Shown here piece by piece: positions 31,285 to 40,768 of a stretch of 64,000 nt of DNA. Position 1 is the stretch's first letter, and every line of letters starts with the position of its first letter. Under the pieces are notes generated by a model. That model was not told the DNA's origin, did not search any database, and was given only the letters and a program-made list of their open reading frames with translations. The translations under genes were made by a program, and so were the position numbers. Origin of the DNA: Gammaproteobacteria bacterium (GTDB lineage Bacteria > Pseudomonadota > Gammaproteobacteria > Eutrophobiales > Eutrophobiaceae); assembly GCA_965116495.1 (NCBI GenBank), contig OZ220696.1, positions 2,752,001-2,816,000 on the forward strand, read 5' to 3'.

Positions 31285-32466
31285 ATGAAGCCTGATTTCA
31301 ATACCCTGGATGACCTGACGCTGACCAGCAGGAAAGTCCTGATCAGGGCCGATTTCAATGTGCCGATCAAAGCCGGCGCCATCCAGGACGACACGCGTAT
31401 CCGGGCCTGCCTGCCCACCCTGAAGCGGCTGCTGGACTCACAGGCAGCGGTCATCCTGGTATCCCACCTGGGACGCCCCCTGGAAGGACACTATGACGAA
31501 CAATACAGCCTGGCCCCGGTCGCCAGGCGCGTCTCTGCCCTGTTGCAACAGGAGGTGAACCTGATACGCGACTGGGAGGAAGGGATTACAATACGGCCCG
31601 GGGAAATAGTAATGCTGGAAAACATCCGGTTTTTGCCGGGTGAGAAACAAAACAGTGATGAACTGGCCGGACGTCTGGCCGGCTTGTGCGATGTGTACGT
31701 TAACGATGCATTTGCCACGGCGCACCGCGCCCAGGCTTCGACCCACGGCGTGGCGAAATATGCGCCCGTGTCCTGCGCCGGCCCGTTATTGCTTGCCGAA
31801 ATAGAGACGCTCACCAGAGCCCTGGAACAGCCTGCCCACCCCATGACGGCTATCGTCGGCGGGGCGAAGGTCTCGACTAAATTGACGGTGCTGCAAAACC
31901 TGATTGAAACAGTGGACCGGTTGATCGTCGGCGGCGGAATTGCCAATACGTTCCTGAAAGCTGCCGGCTACGCGGTCGGCACCTCACTGCATGAACCGGA
32001 CCTGGTTAATGCCGCTTCGGACATCCTCGCTTATGCCGGAGACCATAACAAGGAGATCCCCCTGCCGGTAGACGTGGTCTGTGCGAAATCCATGGCGCAG
32101 GATGCACAGGCGGAACTCAAAACCCTGGCGGAAATCAAGCCGGACGACAAGATCCTGGATATCGGCCCGAAGTCCGTAGCGGTGAATAACCGCATTATCC
32201 GTGACGCCGCCACGATCCTGTGGAACGGCCCTGTTGGAGTATTCGAAATCGAGCAATTCGCCGCAGGCACGGCCGCCCTGGCCGCGGCCGTCGCCGCAAA
32301 CCCGGGATTGTCGATAGCGGGAGGCGGAGATACCATCTCGGCCATTGCCCGGTTCGGCGTAGCGGAGGGAATATCCTGCATCTCCACCGGCGGCGGCGCC
32401 TTCCTGGAATTGCTGGAAGGCAAGACATTGCCCGCCATCGCCGCATTGCAGGAGGCGGCTCGATAA
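31285..32466 (+). CDS. pgk: Phosphoglycerate kinase
   Basis: RADFNVP, SHLGRP, WNGPVGVFE, STGGGA. Confidence 0.97.
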   Translation: MKPDFNTLDDLTLTSRKVLIRADFNVPIKAGAIQDDTRIRACLPTLKRLLDSQAAVILVSHLGRPLEGHYDEQYSLAPVARRVSALLQQEVNLIRDWEEGITIRPGEIVMLENIRFLPGEKQNSDELAGRLAGLCDVYVNDAFATAHRAQASTHGVAKYAPVSCAGPLLLAEIETLTRALEQPAHPMTAIVGGAKVSTKLTVLQNLIETVDRLIVGGGIANTFLKAAGYAVGTSLHEPDLVNAASDILAYAGDHNKEIPLPVDVVCAKSMAQDAQAELKTLAEIKPDDKILDIGPKSVAVNNRIIRDAATILWNGPVGVFEIEQFAAGTAALAAAVAANPGLSIAGGGDTISAIARFGVAEGISCISTGGGAFLELLEGKTLPAIAALQEAAR

Positions 32467-32467
32467 T

Positions 32468-32610
32468 GTGTCCCCCGCTTACAACATGCAGGGGCAGGCT
32501 CCAGCAACTGTTTGCCGACTGGATTCCGGCATTCGCCGGAATGACGAACGAAGCATATGCCGGATCGACGCTCCCCGACGTCATGCCGGGCTTGTCCCGG
32601 CATCCAGTAG
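32468..32610. repeat. Cluster of three REP-like palindromes
   Basis: CCCCCGCTTACAACATGCAGGGGCAGGC; CTGGATTCCGGCATTCGCCGGAATGACG; CGTCATGCCGGGCTTGTCCCGGCATCCAG. Confidence 0.8.
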
Positions 32611-32641
32611 ATATAACGTCCCAAAGGGGCACTTGTAACTG

Positions 32642-34084
32642 ATGCGCAGGACAAAAATCATTGCCACCCTGGGACCGGCCACCGATAAATCGGAGATGAT
32701 GGAAAAAATGGTCGAGGCCGGCGTGGATTTGTTCCGTATCAATTATTCCCACCAGACCCACCTTGAGCACCGGGAACGGGCCCGCGTCCTGCAGGACATC
32801 AGCGCCAGGAAAGGCGTTGAAGTCGGCCTCATAGCGGATTTACAGGGGCCCAAGATCAGGCTGCAGCGGTTTCAGAACGGCATGGTCCTCCTACATGAGG
32901 GAGATGATTTCACTCTTGACTCGTCTTTACCGGATACTGCGGGCAATGAATCACAGGTGGGCGTGACTTACCGGGCACTGGCCCGGGACGTCAATTCCGG
33001 GGATACGCTGCTGGTCGATGACGGGCGCATCGTCCTGGAGGTAATCGGCGTCGGAAAGACAACTGTGCGCTGCAGGGTCATCGTGGGCGGAAAATTGTCG
33101 GATAACAAGGGGATCAACCTGAAAGGCGGCGGCCTTTCCGCAGGCGCCCTGACCAGAAAAGACCACAAGGACCTGCTGCACGGTGTTGAAATCGGCGCCG
33201 ATTACTTTGCCGTGTCCTTTGCCAGCAGCGCCGCCGACATCGACCAGGCCCGCACACTGTTGGACAAGGCTGGTTCGAATGCGGGGATTATAGCGAAATT
33301 TGAACGGGTGGAAGCGCTGGAAAATGCCACTTCCATTATCGAAGCAGCCGACGCCATCATGATCGCCCGCGGCGACCTGGGGGTTGAAATCGGCGACGCT
33401 TCCCTGCCCCCGGTACAAAAAAAACTCATCATTCAAGCCCAGGACCTGGACCGGCCCGTGATCACTGCGACACAGATGATGGAGTCCATGATCTACAACC
33501 CGATCCCCACGCGCGCGGAAGTATTCGACGTCGCCAATGCCATCCTGGACGGCACGGACGCGGTCATGCTGTCCGGTGAAACGAGTATCGGCATGTTCCC
33601 TGACCGGGTTGTCCAGGCCATGGCCCGTATCTGTGAGGAAACGGAGAAACAGAAGGAAACCCGGGAATCACACCACCGCATCAACCAGGAATTCAAACGT
33701 ATCGACGAAGCCATCGCCATGTCCGCCATGTACGCGGCAAATCACATCAAGGCCAGGGCAATCGCCGCGCTGACGGAAACCGGCTCAACCTGCCTGTGGA
33801 TGTCGCGTATCAGTTCCGGGATACCTGTCCTGGCATTTACCCGCCATGCATCAACCATGCGCAAGGTAAGATTATACCGGGATGTCTATCCCATACACTT
33901 TGACATTACCCACACGGACCCGCTGGAAACCAACAAGGAGATTATCGCCATCCTGCTCAGGCGCAAGCTGGTCAGCGAAGGTGATATAGTCCTGATCACA
34001 AAAGGAGACCTGAGGGGTCACCGCGGGGGGACCAATAACCTGAAAATCATCCGGGTGGGAGATTCAACCGGGCAACAACTATAG
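32642..34084 (+). CDS. pyk: Pyruvate kinase
   Basis: RRTKIIATLGP, DLQGPKIR, ARGDLGVE, ATQMMESM. Confidence 0.97.
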   Translation: MRRTKIIATLGPATDKSEMMEKMVEAGVDLFRINYSHQTHLEHRERARVLQDISARKGVEVGLIADLQGPKIRLQRFQNGMVLLHEGDDFTLDSSLPDTAGNESQVGVTYRALARDVNSGDTLLVDDGRIVLEVIGVGKTTVRCRVIVGGKLSDNKGINLKGGGLSAGALTRKDHKDLLHGVEIGADYFAVSFASSAADIDQARTLLDKAGSNAGIIAKFERVEALENATSIIEAADAIMIARGDLGVEIGDASLPPVQKKLIIQAQDLDRPVITATQMMESMIYNPIPTRAEVFDVANAILDGTDAVMLSGETSIGMFPDRVVQAMARICEETEKQKETRESHHRINQEFKRIDEAIAMSAMYAANHIKARAIAALTETGSTCLWMSRISSGIPVLAFTRHASTMRKVRLYRDVYPIHFDITHTDPLETNKEIIAILLRRKLVSEGDIVLITKGDLRGHRGGTNNLKIIRVGDSTGQQL

Positions 34085-34097
34085 CAAGGTCATAGAT

Positions 34098-34475
34098 ATG
34101 AATAAAACCGAAGAAGCTGCACGGGCACGCGCGGTCATCCAGGAATATGTCGATGCCAGTGCGGCAGGCAGTGTAGAGCGTCTGCGGGCAATCTTTCACG
34201 GGGATGCCCTGATGTCAGGGTATATGATGGGGGAATACCTGATGGGGTCCCCGGAACCGTTTTTCCAGGCAGTGGCGAATCCGCCTCCCGACGCAGGGGA
34301 CGGCGGGGACTATAAGGCTGAAATCACCAACGTGGAAGTCTCCGGCCCGGTTGCCAGTATCACCCTTAAAGAAACGGCGTTCATGGGAATAAACTTCACC
34401 GACTTCTTCCACCTTGCCAGGGTAAACGGCGAGTGGAAGATAATCAGCAAGACATTCAACCCGGAACTTCCCTGA
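34098..34475 (+). CDS. NTF2-fold (putative lumazine-binding) protein
   Basis: LRAIFH..A, FTDFFHL....GEWKIISK. Confidence 0.8.
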   Translation: MNKTEEAARARAVIQEYVDASAAGSVERLRAIFHGDALMSGYMMGEYLMGSPEPFFQAVANPPPDAGDGGDYKAEITNVEVSGPVASITLKETAFMGINFTDFFHLARVNGEWKIISKTFNPELP

Positions 34476-34585
34476 TAATGAAAAGCAGCGAATTGATCCC
34501 GGCGGCGGCAAACCGGAATATATGATTTTCACGGGATTTGCCTTACAATCGGACCAACCATTTTCAACCACTGGAGTAAGTCTGT

Positions 34586-35614
34586 ATGAGTGATTTAAAG
34601 GCGCAAATGGCGCAAACGGCCACAGCTATGGTGGCCCGGGGCAAGGGCATACTGGCCATCGACGAGAGCCTGCCGACCATCAAGAAACGTTTCGACACGA
34701 TCGATGTCGAGTCCACCGAGGAAAACCGGCGTGCATACCGGGAATTGCTGATCACCGCGCCCGGCGCAGAACAATTCATCAGCGGCATGATCCTGTTCGA
34801 TGAGACCCTGCGCCAGAAGACCCGGGAAGGCGTCCCCTTCCCGGAGGTCATGATTAAAAACGGGATCATGCCCGGTATCAAGGTGGACAAAGGCGCCAAG
34901 GAGCTGGCGGGTCACCCGGGGGAAAAGGTGACCGAAGGCCTGGACGGCCTGCGCGACCGGCTTGCCGAATATCGCGGGCTGGGCGCCCGCTTTGCAAAGT
35001 GGCGCGCCGTGATCACCATCGGTGATCATATCCCGTCCGATGCCTGTATCGAAGCCAATACCCATGCCCTGGCCCGCTACGCGGGTTTATGCCAGGAAGC
35101 CGGTATTGTTCCCATGGTGGAACCGGAAGTCCTGATGGACGCCGACAATGATATCGATACCTGTTACTGGGCCACGGAAAAAACCCTGAGATCACTGTTT
35201 AATGCCCTCTACAGCCAGGCCGTAGCGCTGGAATTTACCATCCTCAAGACTAATATGGTCATATCCGGGAAAAAGTGTTCCCGGCAGGCGGACGTACAGG
35301 AAATCGCAGACAAGACGGTACTGTGCCTGTTAAATACGGTACCGGCAGCGCTGGCGGGGATCGTATTTCTGTCCGGCGGACAGAGCGCAACCCTGGCAAC
35401 GGCCCACCTGAACGAGATGAACCGGAGCTATGACGGCTTGCCCTGGCCCCTCAGCTTCTCTTACGGGCGCGCCTTGCAGGAGCCTTGCCTGAATACCTGG
35501 GCTGGCAGCCCGGACAACTTCGATGCGGCGCAGACGGTTCTCCTGCACAGGGAAAAATGCAACAGCCTGGCCTGCCTGGGGCAGTACTCTGACAGCCTCG
35601 AGCGGGCTGCCTGA
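34586..35614 (+). CDS. Class I fructose-bisphosphate aldolase
   Basis: GKGILAIDES, AKWRAV, VEPEV, FLSGGQ, FSYGRALQ. Confidence 0.95.
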   Translation: MSDLKAQMAQTATAMVARGKGILAIDESLPTIKKRFDTIDVESTEENRRAYRELLITAPGAEQFISGMILFDETLRQKTREGVPFPEVMIKNGIMPGIKVDKGAKELAGHPGEKVTEGLDGLRDRLAEYRGLGARFAKWRAVITIGDHIPSDACIEANTHALARYAGLCQEAGIVPMVEPEVLMDADNDIDTCYWATEKTLRSLFNALYSQAVALEFTILKTNMVISGKKCSRQADVQEIADKTVLCLLNTVPAALAGIVFLSGGQSATLATAHLNEMNRSYDGLPWPLSFSYGRALQEPCLNTWAGSPDNFDAAQTVLLHREKCNSLACLGQYSDSLERAA

Positions 35615-35629
35615 TGTTTCTGCAAGTTT

Positions 35630-35679
35630 GTCATTCCCGCACATCAAGTCCGTCATTCCCGCGCAGGCGGGAATCCAGT
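35630..35679. repeat. ATTCCC-N8-GGGAAT REP-like element plus half copy
   Basis: GTCATTCCCGC (35630); CGTCATTCCCGCGCAGGCGGGAATCCAGT (35651-35679). Confidence 0.85.
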
Positions 35680-35731
35680 CGGATAATATGCCGCTGAAGG
35701 CGGCTCATTTTTCTGCCGGCCTCCATTCACC

Positions 35732-36031
35732 GTGTCAGACCCCATTACTGAAGACCTCAGCCCGGAAACTACAGCCGCCTGGCAGGCCTACCAATTAATG
35801 TGCGCCAGCAAAGACGACTATTTCTCATTGCTCCAGGCCCTGGACGAAAAATACAAAAACGGCGGAGAACCCGGTATCGCCGAAAGCCTGAAACTGGAAA
35901 AGTTATTGAGCGACCACGATCGAAAAGTAAAACTGTTCAACCGGGCAGTGTCCGCCATTACCGACCCCAACGCAAAGCAACAACTGATGGAACTCCTTAA
36001 AGCTGCAGCCGATACTAAAAACAGGCATTGA
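35732..36031 (+). CDS. Small helical hypothetical protein
   Basis: GTG start, amphipathic helices, stop close to the aminotransferase start. Confidence 0.55.
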   Translation: MSDPITEDLSPETTAAWQAYQLMCASKDDYFSLLQALDEKYKNGGEPGIAESLKLEKLLSDHDRKVKLFNRAVSAITDPNAKQQLMELLKAAADTKNRH

Positions 36032-36063
36032 GCCGCGTTGCCTGGTTCTTCCAATTTCGACGG

Positions 36064-37242
36064 ATGCATAATAGTGACCTGACCACACATAGCAGTAGGA
36101 TGGGCGCCGTCCAGTCCCCTGTCGTACCCGTAGTGGCAGACCTGATCAAGGCCACTCCCGGCACCATTTCCCTGGGACAGGGGGTCGTCTATTACGGCCC
36201 GCCGGAGACGGCCTTGCAAAACGTCATGGCCCATGGCAGGGAGCTGAACCAGTTCTACGGACCTGTGGAAGGCATTCCGGAACTTGTTGGAATTCTGACG
36301 CACAAGCTATCTGAAGAGAACCATATCAGCATCGATGAAAAGCGCCGTCTGCTCGTCACAGCCGGGGCCAACATGGGTTTTCTGAACGCGCTGTTTACCA
36401 TTACCGACCCGGGCTCTGAAGTCATATTGCCCACTCCTTATTACTTCAACCATGAAATGGCTGTCAGGATGTTGAACTGTGAGCCGGTTTGCGTGGCGAC
36501 CGACCGCTATTTTCAGCTTGACCCCGAAGCCGTTGCCGCGGCGATTACCCCGCGCACCGCCGCGGTCGTAACCATCTCACCCAATAACCCCAGCGGCGCC
36601 GTCTACCCCGAGCAAACGTTACGGGCTATCAACGAAATCTGCCGTGACCGGGGTGTTTACCATATCAGCGACGAGGCCTATGAATATTTCGTATTCGACG
36701 ACCGGCGCCATTATTCCCCCGCCAGCGAGGATGATTCGGCCCGGCACACCATTTCACTGTTTTCCCTGTCCAAGGCCTTCGGGTTTTCGTCCTGGCGCAT
36801 CGGTTACATGCTCATCCCTGCGCACCTTCACGAAGCTGTGAGGAAGGTACAGGATACCAACCTGATCTGCCCGCCGCTGGCTTCGCAATATGCGGCCATC
36901 GGCGCGTTTGAGGCGGGCCGTGAATATTGCGATGACAAGATCAGGCAGATCGCCAGCAACCGGATGTTTGTGCTCGCTGAACTGGAGAAACTGGATTGTC
37001 TCGCCGGCGCGGTCCGCTCCGACGGTGCCTTTTATGCCTTCCTACGCCTGAGTACCGCCCTGTCGGACATGGATATCGTCGAACGGCTTGTCCGGGATTT
37101 CAGGATAGCGGTCATGCCCGGCAGTGCCTTCGGCGTGGAACAAGGCTGTTACCTCAGAATCTCCTACGGCGCGCTGGATGAAGCAACGCTGGAAGATGGC
37201 GTGCACAGGCTGACCCGCGGCCTGAATGCAGTTATAAGCTGA
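36064..37242 (+). CDS. PLP-dependent aminotransferase class I/II
   Basis: SPNNPSG, SDEAY, SLSKAFG...RIG. Confidence 0.92.
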   Translation: MHNSDLTTHSSRMGAVQSPVVPVVADLIKATPGTISLGQGVVYYGPPETALQNVMAHGRELNQFYGPVEGIPELVGILTHKLSEENHISIDEKRRLLVTAGANMGFLNALFTITDPGSEVILPTPYYFNHEMAVRMLNCEPVCVATDRYFQLDPEAVAAAITPRTAAVVTISPNNPSGAVYPEQTLRAINEICRDRGVYHISDEAYEYFVFDDRRHYSPASEDDSARHTISLFSLSKAFGFSSWRIGYMLIPAHLHEAVRKVQDTNLICPPLASQYAAIGAFEAGREYCDDKIRQIASNRMFVLAELEKLDCLAGAVRSDGAFYAFLRLSTALSDMDIVERLVRDFRIAVMPGSAFGVEQGCYLRISYGALDEATLEDGVHRLTRGLNAVIS

Positions 37243-37253
37243 AAAAGCGTTCT

Positions 37254-38051
37254 CTACTGCCTGTTCCGTTTCGACCAGCGACTTGCGGCATTCTCCAATT
37301 GATTATGCTGCCCGTCCTGCTGCGGCCAGCGGCTTACCCGCCTGGTCAACCGTTTGGAGCCGTGGGCCTTATGGAACAAGGTGACGTTCCCGGACTTGAA
37401 GAACGGGATCAACACCATGCCGGCGACAAAACCGCCTATGTGGGCGAACCAGGCTACTCCACCTCCTTCAGACGATGCAAAGGCAGAACTGATCAATTGT
37501 ATGGCGAACCACAGGCCCAGTACCCACAGGGCAGGCAGCCTTACCAGTTGTATAAAAAACCCCAGGGGGATGAGTACCAGCACCCTGGCGCGGGGATAGA
37601 GTATCAGGTATGCGCCCAGTACCCCGGAAATCGCGCCGCTGGCCCCGATCATGGGAATCTCGGAACCCGGGTTCTGTAATACCTGGCCGAATACTGCCGC
37701 GACGCCGCACAGCAGGTAAAATACGATAAACTTGCCGTGCCCCATAGCATCTTCCACGTTGTTACCGAAAATCCACAGGTACAGCATGTTGCCGGCCAGG
37801 TGCATGAAGCCGCCGTGCAGGAACATGGAGGTGAACACGGTTACGGGGGGGGGGACCAGCGCCAGTTCCACGGGCAATGTAGCCTTGTTCAACAACACGG
37901 CAGGGATAACGCCCAGTGCATAGACGGACGCCTGGTAGCCCTGCGTACCCAGTGAAGCCTGCCACAGGAATACGAGGATGCAGGCCGCGATGAAGGCAAC
38001 GGTCAGTACGGGGAAAATTTGCGTGGGATTATCGTCGTGGAGCGGGATCAT
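37254..38051 (-). CDS. Rhomboid family intramembrane serine protease
   Basis: SMFLHGG..H...NM, GASGA, AHIGG. Confidence 0.93.
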   Translation of the reverse strand: MIPLHDDNPTQIFPVLTVAFIAACILVFLWQASLGTQGYQASVYALGVIPAVLLNKATLPVELALVPPPVTVFTSMFLHGGFMHLAGNMLYLWIFGNNVEDAMGHGKFIVFYLLCGVAAVFGQVLQNPGSEIPMIGASGAISGVLGAYLILYPRARVLVLIPLGFFIQLVRLPALWVLGLWFAIQLISSAFASSEGGGVAWFAHIGGFVAGMVLIPFFKSGNVTLFHKAHGSKRLTRRVSRWPQQDGQHNQLENAASRWSKRNRQ

Positions 38052-38072
38052 TGAATTATTGGAGCAATTTTT

Positions 38073-39002
38073 TCAACTGGATTCCGGCATTCGCCGGAAA
38101 GAAGAAGTATTATCCAGCAACCTGTCCTGCGCCTCCCTGTATTTGGCGGAAGTCTGTTGTATGACTTCCCCGGGCAACGTCGGACCGGGCGCCTGTTTAT
38201 CCCAGTCCAGAGTTTCAAGATAGTCCCTTACGTACTGCTTGTCAAAGCTGGGTGGGCTGATACCCGTGCGGTAGGAATCAGCCGGCCAGAAGCGGGACGA
38301 ATCAGGCGTAACCACTTCATCGATCAGGTATAACTCGCCGTCCTCGTCAAAACCGAATTCCAGCTTCGTATCGGCAATAATGATCCCCCTGTCAGCGGCA
38401 TATTCAGCAGCCTGTTGATAGATGGTCAGGCTGAGCGTCCGCACTTTGTTCGCAAGATCCGTACCCAGCAATGCTACGGTATCCTCAAAACTGATATTTT
38501 CATCATGCGCCCCTGCCTCCGCCTTGGTTGAAGGTGTAAATATCGGCTCCGGCAACTGTTGTGCCTGTTGCAGACCGGCAGGCAGGCTGATGCCGCACAC
38601 TGCGCCGCTGCGCTGGTAATCTTTCCAGCCTGAACCGATGATATAGCCGCGCACAATGGCCTCGACAGGCAAGGGGGTCAGCTTCCTGACCACGATGGAC
38701 CGACCTTCGAGTAAACCTGCCTCGTCGTCCCGCAGGCCGATGGAATCCAGGCCGCGGCCGGTCAGGTGGTTGCCGACCAGATTTTCGGTGCGGTCAAACC
38801 AGAAGTTGGACACGGTGGTCAGTACGCTGCCTTTGCCCGGGATGGGGTCGGGCAGCACCACGTCGAAAGCGGAGATGCGGTCGCTGGTGACGATCAGCAG
38901 ATGGTCGTCATCCACCTCATAGATATCACGAACCTTGCCCCGGTTCAGCAGCGGCAGGGTATCGATGGTCGAGCGGTATAGTGCGGCATGCAAATCTTTC
39001 AT
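38073..39002 (-). CDS. purC: SAICAR synthetase
   Basis: [29 protein letters not shown]. Confidence 0.96.
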   Translation of the reverse strand: MKDLHAALYRSTIDTLPLLNRGKVRDIYEVDDDHLLIVTSDRISAFDVVLPDPIPGKGSVLTTVSNFWFDRTENLVGNHLTGRGLDSIGLRDDEAGLLEGRSIVVRKLTPLPVEAIVRGYIIGSGWKDYQRSGAVCGISLPAGLQQAQQLPEPIFTPSTKAEAGAHDENISFEDTVALLGTDLANKVRTLSLTIYQQAAEYAADRGIIIADTKLEFGFDEDGELYLIDEVVTPDSSRFWPADSYRTGISPPSFDKQYVRDYLETLDWDKQAPGPTLPGEVIQQTSAKYREAQDRLLDNTSSFRRMPESS

Positions 39003-39073
39003 ATCTTCTCCTCATGATACAGGAAAGGTTAGTTAACTGGATTCCCGCCTGCGCGGGTGTGGAATAGAGTCTG

Positions 39074-40768
39074 TTACCTTTTGCTTATTTTCGCCCAGCT
39101 GTCGCGCAACGTTACTATCCGGTTGAATACCAGCTTGTTCGGTTGCCAGTCTTCCCTGTCGGCGCAGAAATATCCAAGCCGTTCAAATTGAAAGCGTTCC
39201 CCCGGCTGCGCCTGCGCCAGGTCCGGTTCAATGAGACAACGGCCAAGCGTCTCCAGAGAAGCCGGGTTGATATACGTTTTCCAGTCCTGATCGCCCCGGT
39301 TGGGATTGGCAATGGAAAACAGCCTGTCATAGAGCCTTATCTCCGCATTGCGCCCGTGTTTTGCCGATACCCAGTGGATGGTTCCCTTGACCTTGCGCCC
39401 GTCAGGGGCGTTACCGCCCCGGGTTGCCGGGTCGTAGCTGCAATGCAGTTCAAGCACTGCGCCGGTACGCTCATCCTTGACAACTTCGTTACAGGTAACG
39501 AAATAAGCATAACGCAGGCGCACTTCCCGGCCCGGCGCCAGACGGAAAAACTTCCGGGGGGCATCCTCCATAAAATCATCCTGTTCAATGTACAGCACCT
39601 TGCCGAACGGGACCCGGCGCGTACCCATGGCCGGGTCCTGCGGATGATTGGCGGCATCCAGCCACTCTTCCCTGTCATCGGGATAGTTATCGATCACGAC
39701 TTTCAACGGGCGCAATACCGCCATCCGGCGCGGCGCGGCGGCGCCCAGTTCGTTCCTGATAACATGTTCCAGCACGCCCGCGTCAATGTACGTGTCGCTT
39801 TTGGTCAAACCGATCAACTCGCAAAACTCGCGTATGGACCCCGGGGTAAACCCGCGCCGCCGCAAACCGGACAGGGTGGGCATACGCGGGTCATCCCAGC
39901 CGTCCACGTACCCATCGTCAACCAGTTCGATCAGTTTGCGTTTGCTCAGTACAGTGTATTCAAGGTTCAGACGGGCAAACTCATACTGGCGCGGGCGTGA
40001 GGGTGTTTCCAGGTTGTCGATAAACCAGTCGTACAGGGGGCGGTGGTCCTCAAATTCCAGGCTACACAACGAGTGGGTCACATGCTCCAGCGCGTCTGAG
40101 AGGCACTGGGTAAAATCGTACATGGGATAGATACACCAACTATCGCCGGTGCGGTAATGACGGGCCCTGCGGATCCGGTAAATTACCGGGTCCCGCATGT
40201 TCAGGTTGGCCGCCTGCATATCGATTTTCGCTCTCAGCACATGTTCACCGTCGGCAAACTCTCCGTCTTTCATCCTGTGGAACAAATCCAGGTTTTCCGC
40301 GACCGGCCTGTTTCGATGGGGACTGTCAGTTCCCGGTTGCGTCAAGGTGCCGCGATATTCCCTGATCCGGTCCGCGCTCAAACTGTCCACGTAGGCCTTA
40401 CCCTGCTCGATTAATTCGACTGCAAAACGAAACAGGCGCGCAAAATAATCCGAGGCAAAAAACAACCTGTCTTCCCAGTCAAACCCGAGCCAGCGTACGT
40501 CAGCCTGGATGGCTTCGACGTATTTCATGTCCTCTTTTTCCGGGTTGGTATCATCAAAGCGCAGGTTGCATTTTCCCCGGTACTCTGCGGCCATGCCGAA
40601 GTTCAGGCAAATTGCCTTGGCATGACCTATATGTAGGAACCCGTTGGGTTCCGGCGGAAAGCGCGTGTGGATCCCTTCAGGGTAACGGCCCCGGGCTAAG
40701 TCATCGTCGATGATCTTGCGGATAAAATGTGTCGGCGTTGAATGTTCCATCCGGTCGCACGGCCTCAC
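39074..40768 (-). CDS. glnS: Glutamine-tRNA ligase
   Basis: [26 protein letters not shown]. Confidence 0.97.
   Translation of the reverse strand: MRPCDRMEHSTPTHFIRKIIDDDLARGRYPEGIHTRFPPEPNGFLHIGHAKAICLNFGMAAEYRGKCNLRFDDTNPEKEDMKYVEAIQADVRWLGFDWEDRLFFASDYFARLFRFAVELIEQGKAYVDSLSADRIREYRGTLTQPGTDSPHRNRPVAENLDLFHRMKDGEFADGEHVLRAKIDMQAANLNMRDPVIYRIRRARHYRTGDSWCIYPMYDFTQCLSDALEHVTHSLCSLEFEDHRPLYDWFIDNLETPSRPRQYEFARLNLEYTVLSKRKLIELVDDGYVDGWDDPRMPTLSGLRRRGFTPGSIREFCELIGLTKSDTYIDAGVLEHVIRNELGAAAPRRMAVLRPLKVVIDNYPDDREEWLDAANHPQDPAMGTRRVPFGKVLYIEQDDFMEDAPRKFFRLAPGREVRLRYAYFVTCNEVVKDERTGAVLELHCSYDPATRGGNAPDGRKVKGTIHWVSAKHGRNAEIRLYDRLFSIANPNRGDQDWKTYINPASLETLGRCLIEPDLAQAQPGERFQFERLGYFCADREDWQPNKLVFNRIVTLRDSWAKISKR

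Noticed and set aside
32220-32642. 140-aa ORF bridging pgk and pyk
   Set aside because: It overlaps pgk out of frame and reads through REP-like repeats (WIPAFAGMT, VMPGLSRHP are repeat translations).
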